A stretch of DNA of 64,000 bases from Arcobacteraceae bacterium (lineage in GTDB: Bacteria > Campylobacterota > Campylobacteria > Campylobacterales > Arcobacteraceae): assembly GCA_048268245.1 (NCBI GenBank), contig JBLWVX010000003.1:32001-96000 (forward strand), given 5' to 3'. The translations under genes and the position numbers were made by a program. Positions 10,527 through 18,164 of the stretch are shown in pieces. Under the pieces are notes generated by a model. The model saw only the letters and a list, made by a program, of their open reading frames with translations, had not been told where the DNA came from and did not search any database. How positions within the stretch are numbered: the stretch's first letter is position 1; every line of letters begins with the position of its first letter.

Positions 10527-10564
10527 ATTATTAAGAGAGATTTATTTTAGTCTCTCTTAATAAT
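10527..10564 (-). terminator. Hairpin downstream of the CsgG-like operon
   Basis: 14-bp perfect inverted repeat attattaagagaga / tctctcttaataat, about 25 nt past the last stop codon. Confidence 0.65.
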
Positions 10565-10587
10565 ATCAATAAAATGCTACAAAAAAA

Positions 10588-11253
10588 CTATTTTAGTTGT
10601 AAGTCTTTATTAAAGTTTGGTGAGTAATTTCCATATAAAATACAATCATTGCAATCTGTTGCAAATAAAATATTGTTTGCAATCATTGAAGTTTTGTATG
10701 CTTGGTCACTTGATTCGTTTACAATTTGAGTAACTACAGCACTAACTAACATACCAATTATACCACCGCCTCCATCTCCAGAAGATTTCACAAATTTAGA
10801 GTTTTTATTCCAAATAGTTTTTCCACTATGTAAATCTACTAATTTAGCTTCTAATTCTATTTCCGTTTTACTAGATAAAACAGTATAGTTATTACCATAT
10901 TTTTTAACATTTATGTAAAGTACAGAATCTGCTCCAAAAATCTCTTTTAATTTTTCTAAAGAAACATTTCTAATTTCTTTTGCTTCATATACTCCATTAT
11001 GTTTAAATGTCTCATTTACTAATGCTGGTGGGAAAACATAATAACCAGCTTCACTTAAAGGCAAAATTGAATTCGCAAGTGTAGCTGAGCTACCTTTTAT
11101 ATCTAAAGATTCATTTGTAGGTAGTACAACTAAAATAGACTTAGGCTTATTTTTAATAAAAGAGCTATAATCATATAATTCTTGATTTTTAGCACAACCT
11201 GACAAAAATATCATCACAGTGATTGAAAATATAATAGTAAAAATATTTTTCAT
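10588..11253 (-). CDS. DUF799 / GNA1162-like lipoprotein
   Basis: Lipobox LSG-C; PKSILVVLP.NES, PLSEAGYYVFP, KL.EIFGAD.VLY motifs; third gene of the csgG-like triad. Confidence 0.85.
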   Translation of the reverse strand: MKNIFTIIFSITVMIFLSGCAKNQELYDYSSFIKNKPKSILVVLPTNESLDIKGSSATLANSILPLSEAGYYVFPPALVNETFKHNGVYEAKEIRNVSLEKLKEIFGADSVLYINVKKYGNNYTVLSSKTEIELEAKLVDLHSGKTIWNKNSKFVKSSGDGGGGIIGMLVSAVVTQIVNESSDQAYKTSMIANNILFATDCNDCILYGNYSPNFNKDLQLK

Positions 11254-11609
11254 TATTTCACGCCTTTATTTTTTAAAAAAGTAATATATTGTTTTGATTC
11301 AGGAAACATTTCTATTTCTTTATTTAAATTCATTATTGATTTAGAATTATTTCCAACTTTAGAATACAAAAGTCCTAATTGTGCATATAACCCTGGAGCA
11401 ATTTTTTTCTTATTTGTATAACTATCTTGTATAATTTTTTCTAAATTAGAGATTTGTGTATTTATATCACCTTCTTCATTTATTGATTCATATACTGAAT
11501 CAATATAGGCTCTATCCCAGTGATAAATGTTTTGCTTGGCTGCACTACCACAACCAGTAAATAAAACTACTGAAATACTTATTATAAAAGTATTAATAAA
11601 GAATTTCAT
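11253..11609 (-). CDS. DUF4810-like small TPR-type lipoprotein
   Basis: Lipobox FTG-C; Y.W..Y, PGLYAQLGLLY, E..MFPES motifs. Confidence 0.85.
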   Translation of the reverse strand: MKFFINTFIISISVVLFTGCGSAAKQNIYHWDRAYIDSVYESINEEGDINTQISNLEKIIQDSYTNKKKIAPGLYAQLGLLYSKVGNNSKSIMNLNKEIEMFPESKQYITFLKNKGVK

Positions 11610-11622
11610 TTATAATACCTTC

Positions 11623-12270
11623 TTAGTGAATTTTTTTTGCTAAATTATTTACTGCTTCATTAATTGCTAAACTTAAAACTTTGTCATTTAAAGTCGCATC
11701 ATAACCAGCTGTTCCACCAAAGCCAATAATTTCTCTATTTGATAATGTAAATTCTCCTGCACCTTGAGATGAATATACTACAGCTGTACTATTAACATCA
11801 ATAACATTTAAATTAACTTTTGCATAAGCTACTTGTTTTTTACCTTTTCCAAGTATTCCAAAAAACTGGTGATCTCCCACTGTTTTTCTACCAAATTCTA
11901 CTACATCTCCTGATATAACATATTTAGCACCTTTTATATTTTGATTTACTTTTGAAAAGTTACTTTCTTGTTTTAATGCAGTTAAATTTGTTCTATCAAG
12001 AACTAAAAAATGACCACTTTGTTGTAAACTTGTAGTTAATATTGTTTGAGCTTGATTTCCTAATCTATCTTTTCCATTTGAAAATATACCATTGTTGTAT
12101 GCAGATCTATTATCAAATCTACCAATTGAAATTATCATTTTTTCACCATTATATAGTACTCTTTCGGCTTTATTTTCTGGTACTTTTATAGATTGTGAAC
12201 TTTCTGTTGCACAACCACTAAATAGTGTAATTAAAGCTGTAGTTATTAAAGCAACTTTTAATTTTGACAT
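11623..12270 (-). CDS. CsgG/HfaB-family outer-membrane lipoprotein
   Basis: Lipobox FSG-C; IGRFDNRS, L.QSGHF.VLDR, G.VVEFGRK, SSQGAGE, GYDATL. Confidence 0.88.
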   Translation of the reverse strand: MSKLKVALITTALITLFSGCATESSQSIKVPENKAERVLYNGEKMIISIGRFDNRSAYNNGIFSNGKDRLGNQAQTILTTSLQQSGHFLVLDRTNLTALKQESNFSKVNQNIKGAKYVISGDVVEFGRKTVGDHQFFGILGKGKKQVAYAKVNLNVIDVNSTAVVYSSQGAGEFTLSNREIIGFGGTAGYDATLNDKVLSLAINEAVNNLAKKIH

Positions 12271-12404
12271 TATTTTATCTCCTTGGATTATTTTATTATT
12301 TTTATTTTACCTAAAATAGAATTAATTATTGTGTAAAATAATTTGTATATAATTTATGTGAAACAACGCTATAATTATTAAATTGAATAAATAGGTTAAA
12401 AAGA

Positions 12405-12755
12405 ATGATAGGTATAGATGTAGCTTCTGTTGATAGAATAAAAAGAATGTATGAGAAGTTTGGAAGAAAGGCTTATGAAAGATTTTTAGATGATGAAGAA
12501 ATAGAACTTATAAAAAGACCTGAAAGTGCTGCTGGTTTTTGGGCTGCTAAAGAGGCTGCTTCAAAGGCTTTAGGTACAGGTATTGGTAAGAAATGTGGTT
12601 TTCATGATATTAAAATCAAAAAGTCAAAGCTTGGTGCTCCAAAAATAAAGTATAAAAAAGAAATAAGAAAAAAATATAAGATTAAAAAGTCTTATTTATC
12701 TATCACTCATGACCAAGGTTTAGCAATTGCAGTGGTTCACAACACTAAAAAATAG
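12405..12755 (+). CDS. acpS: Holo-ACP synthase
   Basis: IGIDV, WAAKEA.SKALGTGI, LSITHD. Confidence 0.96.
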   Translation: MIGIDVASVDRIKRMYEKFGRKAYERFLDDEEIELIKRPESAAGFWAAKEAASKALGTGIGKKCGFHDIKIKKSKLGAPKIKYKKEIRKKYKIKKSYLSITHDQGLAIAVVHNTKK

Positions 12756-12788
12756 AGTTTAAACTTGAAGTTTTAGAGATATTTAGTA

Positions 12789-13169
12789 TTAGTTTTTTGC
12801 TAAATATCTCTCTAGTATTATTTTTGCAGCAAGGGAGTCAACTCTTCCATCTCTTTTGTATTTGATTTCACCTTTCATCATATCTTCTGCCTCGATCGAG
12901 CTCATATTCTCTTCTTGAAATTCATAAGGTATATCAAGTTCTAGTAGTTTTACAAAGTGATTGATTCTTTTTTGCATATCTTCACTTGCACTTGGAAAGC
13001 CAACTATTAATTTCTCTATTTCCCACTCTTTTAAAAAAGCATTTACATCATTTGAGGCTTGATTTCTATTTTTTCGCAGAATTGCTTCTTGTGGTGTTAC
13101 TATGTTTGAGCTAACACAGATTGCAATTCCTATTCTTTTAAGTCCTATATCAATGCAAGCAAGTTTCAA
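12789..13169 (-). CDS. ruvX: YqgF/RuvX-family RNase H-fold nuclease (pre-16S rRNA maturation)
   Basis: IDIGLKRIGIA, VGFP, EE.MSS.EA, VDSLAA.IILE. Confidence 0.92.
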   Translation of the reverse strand: MKLACIDIGLKRIGIAICVSSNIVTPQEAILRKNRNQASNDVNAFLKEWEIEKLIVGFPSASEDMQKRINHFVKLLELDIPYEFQEENMSSIEAEDMMKGEIKYKRDGRVDSLAAKIILERYLAKN

Positions 13170-13234
13170 TCAGTTTCCTTTAGTTAATTTTAGATATTAT
13201 TATAACCTTTAAAGAATAAAACTAGGGAAAATTA

Positions 13235-13855
13235 ATGAAATTAGCTGTATTTGATTTTGATTCAACACTTATGGATGGAGAAACAATTGACTTTCTTGCA
13301 AAGCCTTTAGGATTAGAGGAAAAAGTTGCAGGAATCACTGAAAAAGCAATGGCTGGAGAGTTAGACTTTTTTGAATCTTTAATTGAAAGAGTATCTTTAC
13401 TTAAGGGTTTAGAATATTCAAAAGCTGTTGAGATTTGTAAAGATTTACCTTTAATGCCAGGTGCTTATGAAATTATTCCTGAACTTAAAAAAATGGGATA
13501 TAAGGTTGTATGTTTTTCAGGTGGGTTTAGAATAGGAACATCACCTGCTAAAGATAAACTTGGACTTGATGCAGACTTTTCAAATGTACTACATGAAAGA
13601 GATGGTATTTTAACTGGACTTGTTGGTGGAGATATGATGTTTGGATATTCAAAAGGTGATATGATTCAAAGATTACAAAATATTTTAGGTGTTTCAAAAG
13701 CTGATACTTTAGTATGTGGTGATGGTGCAAATGATTTATCAATGTTCGCTCACGCTGACACTAGAGTTGCTTTTTGTGCTAAAGAAGTATTAAAGAAAGA
13801 AGCTAATATTATAGTTGACACAAAAGATTTAACAAAAATCTTAGATAATTTATAA
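13235..13855 (+). CDS. serB: Phosphoserine phosphatase
   Basis: HAD motifs FDFDSTL, SGGF, GDGANDLSM; ITEKAMAGELDF. Confidence 0.95.
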   Translation: MKLAVFDFDSTLMDGETIDFLAKPLGLEEKVAGITEKAMAGELDFFESLIERVSLLKGLEYSKAVEICKDLPLMPGAYEIIPELKKMGYKVVCFSGGFRIGTSPAKDKLGLDADFSNVLHERDGILTGLVGGDMMFGYSKGDMIQRLQNILGVSKADTLVCGDGANDLSMFAHADTRVAFCAKEVLKKEANIIVDTKDLTKILDNL

Positions 13856-13866
13856 GGGATATAAAC

Positions 13867-14859
13867 ATGAGTTTAAAAGAAGACATTAACTACTCTTTAT
13901 GGTGTGATTTTATTGAAAGAGATTTCTTAGAAAATAGATTCCAAGAGATTATAAAAGATGAAGTAATACAAGGTGCTACTTCAAATCCTGCGATTTTTGC
14001 ATCATCTATTACTAACTCTGTTGCATATAAACAACAACTTGATATGTTACAAGCAAATAATGCAAAAACAATCTATGAAGAGTTAGCTCTAACTGATATA
14101 AAAAGAGCTGCTTGTTTACTTGATGAATTACATAAAAACGATGCTGATGATGGATTTATCTCTATTGAAGTTGACCCAACACTTTGTGACGATGCTCAAG
14201 GTACTATAGAAGAGGGTGTTAGATTACACAACTCAATTGGTGTTGATAATGTAATGATTAAAGTTCCTGCAACACAAGCTGGGTACATTGCAATGAGAGA
14301 GTTAACATCAAAGGGTATTCATGTAAATGCAACACTTATTTTCTCAGTTGAACAAGCTATTAAATGTGCACAAGCTTTAGATGAGGGAATAAAAGAATCA
14401 AACAAAGATATTAAAGCTGTAATTTCTGTATTTGTTTCAAGATTTGATAGATTGTGTGATGGTGATTTTGCTTCAAAAGGTTTAGAAACTTCAAAACTTG
14501 GAATTATAAATGCAACAAAATGTTACCATGAAGTAAATAAATTTGAAAATAAAAACATAAGAACACTATTTGCAAGTACTGGTGTAAAAGGTGATGAATT
14601 AGCACCATCTTACTATGTAGATAATTTAATCTATCCAAACTCAGTAAATACTGCTCCTTTAGCAACTATTGAAGACTGGCTACAAGTTGGAGTAAAAGAG
14701 CAATCAGATATTATGACTGAAAAACAGTGTGATGAATACTTCGAATTATTAGAAGAAAAAGGTGTTAAAATGAATGACATCTATGAGAAACTTTTAATAG
14801 AAGGACTTGATGCATTTAAAGTATCATTTAAAGAACTTCTTTCTAAATTAGTAGCATAA
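13867..14859 (+). CDS. tal: Transaldolase
   Basis: GATSNPAIF, SIEVDP, MIKVPAT, NATLIFS, ASTGVK. Confidence 0.96.
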   Translation: MSLKEDINYSLWCDFIERDFLENRFQEIIKDEVIQGATSNPAIFASSITNSVAYKQQLDMLQANNAKTIYEELALTDIKRAACLLDELHKNDADDGFISIEVDPTLCDDAQGTIEEGVRLHNSIGVDNVMIKVPATQAGYIAMRELTSKGIHVNATLIFSVEQAIKCAQALDEGIKESNKDIKAVISVFVSRFDRLCDGDFASKGLETSKLGIINATKCYHEVNKFENKNIRTLFASTGVKGDELAPSYYVDNLIYPNSVNTAPLATIEDWLQVGVKEQSDIMTEKQCDEYFELLEEKGVKMNDIYEKLLIEGLDAFKVSFKELLSKLVA

Positions 14860-14865
14860 AATTTA

Positions 14866-14890
14866 GGCATATTAGTAATTCTAATATGCC
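14866..14890 (+). terminator. Hairpin after tal
   Basis: 10-bp inverted repeat ggcatattag / ctaatatgcc; no clear U-tract. Confidence 0.55.
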
Positions 14891-15004
14891 AAACCTTACA
14901 TAAACCCCTATAGTAGTTACAATTTAGTAACAAAACAAACTTTTTTTATTAAGTATAGTTTGGATAAAATCACTTATTATTAAATAAACAACAAAGGCAA
15001 AGAA

Positions 15005-16369
15005 ATGAAAAATTGGAATCCAAGTAGTTGGAGAGATTTTCCAATCAAACAACAACCAACATATAATGACTTAGAAAAGTTAAAGAAAGTAGAGAATGAA
15101 TTAGCTTCATATCCACCTTTAATTTTTGCTGGTGAAGCTTTAAGTCTAAAAAATAAGTTAGCAGACGTTGTAAATGGAAAGGCTTTTCTTTTACAAGGAG
15201 GAGATTGTGCTGAATCATTTGCTTCATTTGATGCAAATAACATTAAAGACTTATTTAAAGTTATGATGCAAATGGCAGTAGTTTTAACTTTCTCTGGTGG
15301 ATGTCCTGTTGTAAAAGTTGGACGAGTTGCAGGTCAATTTGCAAAGCCAAGAAGTGCAGATTTTGAAGAAATAAATGGTATTTCTTTACCTTCATATAGA
15401 GGTGATATTGTAAATGATATGGACTTTACAGAAAAAGCAAGAAATCCAAAAGCTAAGAAATTACTAAAAGCTTACAATCAAAGTGCTGCAACAATGAACC
15501 TTTTAAGAGCATTCTCAAGAGGTGGTATGGCAGATTTAAATCAAGTTCAATTATGGAATTTAGGTTTCTTAAAAGACCATGAATTAGATGAAAGATATCA
15601 AGATGTATCAAATAGAATTTCAGAAGCACTTAACTTTATGAAATCATGTGGTATTACAAGTAAAAATACTGCTCAATTAAGTGAAACATCACTATTTACT
15701 TCACATGAAGCACTTTTACTTAACTATGAAGAAGCCCTTACAAGAAAAGATTCAATCACGGGTGATTGGTTTAACTGTGCTGCTCATATGTTATGGATTG
15801 GTGATAGAACAAGAGATTTAAAAGATGCTCATATTGAGTATTTTAGAGGTATTAAAAACCCAATTGGATGTAAAGTTGGCCCTTCTATGAAAGAAGATGA
15901 ATTAATTCAATTAATTGATAAATTAAATCCAGAAAATGAAGCAGGAAGATTAAATCTTATTGTTAGAATGGGTGCAAATAAAATTGAAGATCATTTCCCT
16001 AAATTATTAGCAAGAGTTAAAAAAGAAGGGAAAAATGTATTATGGTCATCTGATCCAATGCATGGAAATACAATCAAAACTGATAATGGTTATAAAACAA
16101 GAGATTTTGAAGCAATTTTAAGTGAAGTTAGAAAATTTTTCCAAATTCATAGAGCAGAGGGTACATATGCAGGGGGTATTCACTTAGAAATGACGGGACA
16201 AGATGTAACTGAATGTACAGGAAGTGCAAGTTCTGCTATTACAAAAGAAGGATTAGCAAGTAGATACCATACTCAATGTGATCCAAGATTAAATGCTGAC
16301 CAAGCTTTAGAATTAGCATTTATGATTGCTGATACACTAAAAGAAGCAAGAAAAGATATAATAGTTTAA
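15005..16369 (+). CDS. 3-deoxy-7-phosphoheptulonate (DAHP) synthase, class II
   Basis: [42 protein letters not shown]. Confidence 0.97.
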   Translation: MKNWNPSSWRDFPIKQQPTYNDLEKLKKVENELASYPPLIFAGEALSLKNKLADVVNGKAFLLQGGDCAESFASFDANNIKDLFKVMMQMAVVLTFSGGCPVVKVGRVAGQFAKPRSADFEEINGISLPSYRGDIVNDMDFTEKARNPKAKKLLKAYNQSAATMNLLRAFSRGGMADLNQVQLWNLGFLKDHELDERYQDVSNRISEALNFMKSCGITSKNTAQLSETSLFTSHEALLLNYEEALTRKDSITGDWFNCAAHMLWIGDRTRDLKDAHIEYFRGIKNPIGCKVGPSMKEDELIQLIDKLNPENEAGRLNLIVRMGANKIEDHFPKLLARVKKEGKNVLWSSDPMHGNTIKTDNGYKTRDFEAILSEVRKFFQIHRAEGTYAGGIHLEMTGQDVTECTGSASSAITKEGLASRYHTQCDPRLNADQALELAFMIADTLKEARKDIIV

Positions 16370-16391
16370 TTTATATCTTTTTAAAGGGCAT

Positions 16392-16428
16392 AAAAAAAGG
16401 AAAGAAGTTTAACTTCTTTCCTTTTTTT
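16392..16428. terminator. Bidirectional intrinsic terminator
   Basis: aaaaaaaggaaagaagtt-t-aacttctttccttttttt between convergent genes, with A-tract and T-tract flanks. Confidence 0.85.
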
Positions 16429-16770
16429 TTATAAAAATTTTTCTTTATATTCCTCTTCATTAAAACCAACAACTACATCATCACTTAGTTCAACTATAGG
16501 TCTTTTTAAAAGCATTGGCTCTTTACATAGCCACTCAAACTTACCTTGTTCATCAAGATTAAGCTCTTTTAACTTTAAACTTCTATATTTAGTTCCTCTA
16601 CTATTGAAAACTAAATCAATACCCGCTTTTTCAATCCAAAACTCGATAGAAGTTGAAGTAGGTGTTTCTTTTTTAGTATCAAAGAATTCTACTTCTATAT
16701 TGTTGTCCTTAAAAAACCTTAAGGCTTTTCTAACAGAGTTTCAGGTTTTAATTCCATAAACCTTAAACAT
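16429..16770 (-). CDS. ArsC/YffB/Spx-family thioredoxin-fold protein, probable selenoprotein (Sec at codon 10); absent from ORF track
   Basis: Manual translation MFKVYGIKT[TGA]NSVRKALRFFKDNNIEVEFFD...FNSRGTKYRSL...PMLLKRPIV...VVGFNEEEYKEKFL* (113 aa). AAGGA RBS; TGA (16741-16743) falls at the family Cys of YGIKxC. Confidence 0.88.
16701..16735 (-). promoter_or_regulatory. Putative bacterial SECIS hairpin
   Basis: mRNA UGA-aacucUGUUagaaaagCCUUAA-gguuuu-UUAAGGacAACA: 6-bp upper stem, G-starting apical loop 22 nt after UGA, 4-bp lower stem. Confidence 0.7.
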
Positions 16771-16787
16771 TGTTTTCCTTTTATTTA

Positions 16788-17078
16788 CTACTCAATAATC
16801 TTTGGAACTTTAAAGTATCCATCTTCTGACTCAGGAGCATTTTTTAAAATATGATTAGATAACTCTAAATCTTGTTTTGCAACATCTTCTCTTAAAGGTG
16901 TTCCACCTTCAACAGTGCTAAATGTAGCTTCAATTTTTGATACATCAATTTCATTTAAATTTTCAACAAAGTTAATAATATCAGCTAGTTCAGATTTTAA
17001 GTTCTCTTTTCTTGACTCATCAATCTCTAAACTAGAAAGTCTTGATAATTTCTCAATTAGTTTATCATCTACAGTCAT
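16788..17078 (-). CDS. gatC: Asp/Glu-tRNA amidotransferase subunit C
   Basis: L.RLSSL, L..II.FVE.L.E.D, LREDV, NAP...DGYFKVPKIIE. Confidence 0.96.
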   Translation of the reverse strand: MTVDDKLIEKLSRLSSLEIDESRKENLKSELADIINFVENLNEIDVSKIEATFSTVEGGTPLREDVAKQDLELSNHILKNAPESEDGYFKVPKIIE

Positions 17079-17299
17079 AGTTTTCCTTATTCTTGTATAT
17101 AAAGGCGATTATATCTAAAAAGAGTTTGTAGAGGCTTTAAAGAGTAGTTATGAAAGATATATAGCTAAAATACAATAATTTTGATGATAATAAATAATAA
17201 AGTTATAAAAGTTATTTATTTAATTGTAAATAATACTTTTATGATACTTTTAAGTAATACTTAAGAATATATGTGTAACAATTACAGTAACGACATATA

Positions 17300-17375
17300 T
17301 TAGTGATAGCCAAACTTATCGTGAGGTAGGGACGGAAAGCCACGGATCTTGATGAAGATAGCCGGGTTGCATTCT
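17300..17375 (+). ncRNA. c-di-GMP-I (GEMM) riboswitch aptamer
   Basis: G-CC-AAA-C, P2 cttatc/ggtagg with GUGA (GNRA) tetraloop, GACGGAAAGC, P3 with atctt/aagat tip, ATAGCCGGGTTGC. About 80 nt upstream of the pilin ATG. Confidence 0.9.
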
Positions 17376-17454
17376 TATTTATTATTTAATTAAAATTGCA
17401 ATACTGACTACTTAACTAAAATTATTTTATACTTATCAAAACAAGGAGAACAAA

Positions 17455-17649
17455 ATGTTAGATTTCTTAAAAAGAAGATTAAAAAGTGAAAAAGGTGCAA
17501 TGGATAAAATTCTTGTAACTTTATTATTAGTTATTGTTGGTGTTGGAGCAGTTGTTGGTTTAAATACTTGGGTTGATGGTGAAAAAACAAAAGTTGAAAC
17601 AGCAGCTACAAATAAAATCACTGAAGTAACTGGTTCTACTTCTGAGTAG
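17455..17649 (+). CDS. Flp-like major pilin (non-canonical N-terminus)
   Basis: 64 aa; basic leader ending EKG, hydrophobic helix ILVTLLLVIVGVGAVVGL; AAGGAG RBS; first gene of the Tad locus. Confidence 0.85.
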   Translation: MLDFLKRRLKSEKGAMDKILVTLLLVIVGVGAVVGLNTWVDGEKTKVETAATNKITEVTGSTSE

Positions 17650-17685
17650 TATTAAGTTAAAAGGCTTATGCCTTTTACTTAATAC
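17649..17685 (+). terminator. Strong stem-loop between pilin and prepilin peptidase genes
   Basis: gtattaagt-t-aaaaggc-ttat-gcctttt-acttaatac, 16 bp with one bulge. Confidence 0.7.
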
Positions 17686-17699
17686 ATGAAAAGACAAAT

Positions 17700-18128
17700 G
17701 TGTTTACAATAATCTTTTATATATTTTCTACAGTTTTATCTTATACTGACTTCAAAAAATACTTAGTACCAAATAATATTTTACTTACTATGGCAATAAT
17801 GCTTTTAATATTTGGCTTTTTTGAATCGAAAATATATATAAGTTCTATTGTTTTATCTTTAGGTGTTCTTCTTTTTTTCATTATTCTTATGCTTATAAAT
17901 AGACAAATGATACTTGGTGGTGGAGATATAAAGTATATGATGCTTGTAGCACTATTTTTAGGACTAAAACCATTTGCTATTTTTTTGATAGTTACAGGTC
18001 TTCTTCAAAGCATAGTTTTATTATTTATGCAAAAAATAAGAAAAAGAAGAGTAGCTGCTATGGTACCAGTTATGTTTGTTTCTGTTATAATAGTAGATAT
18101 ATTAAATTATTTGAATATATTTTTGTAA
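17700..18128 (+). CDS. A24 prepilin peptidase, TadV/CpaA type (no methyltransferase domain)
   Basis: Catalytic Asp motifs YTDFKKYLVPN and GGGDIK; multiple TM helices; GTG start. Confidence 0.9.
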   Translation: MFTIIFYIFSTVLSYTDFKKYLVPNNILLTMAIMLLIFGFFESKIYISSIVLSLGVLLFFIILMLINRQMILGGGDIKYMMLVALFLGLKPFAIFLIVTGLLQSIVLLFMQKIRKRRVAAMVPVMFVSVIIVDILNYLNIFL

Positions 18129-18164
18129 AGAATATAATCTTCAAAGATAAGGTTAGGAAGAAAT

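Noticed and set aside
11623..12270. Curli biogenesis locus
   Set aside because: No curlin-repeat proteins or CsgE/F nearby; the neighbours are DUF4810/DUF799-type lipoproteins.
16429..16770. Pseudogene interpretation of the ArsC-like frame
   Set aside because: The only lesion is a TGA exactly at the catalytic Cys, followed by a SECIS-like hairpin, with RBS and remaining motifs intact. Recoding is more parsimonious, though unproven.
17300..17375. 3',3'-cGAMP-sensing (GEMM-Ib) riboswitch variant
   Set aside because: The specificity position equivalent to Vc2 nucleotide 20 is G, not A.
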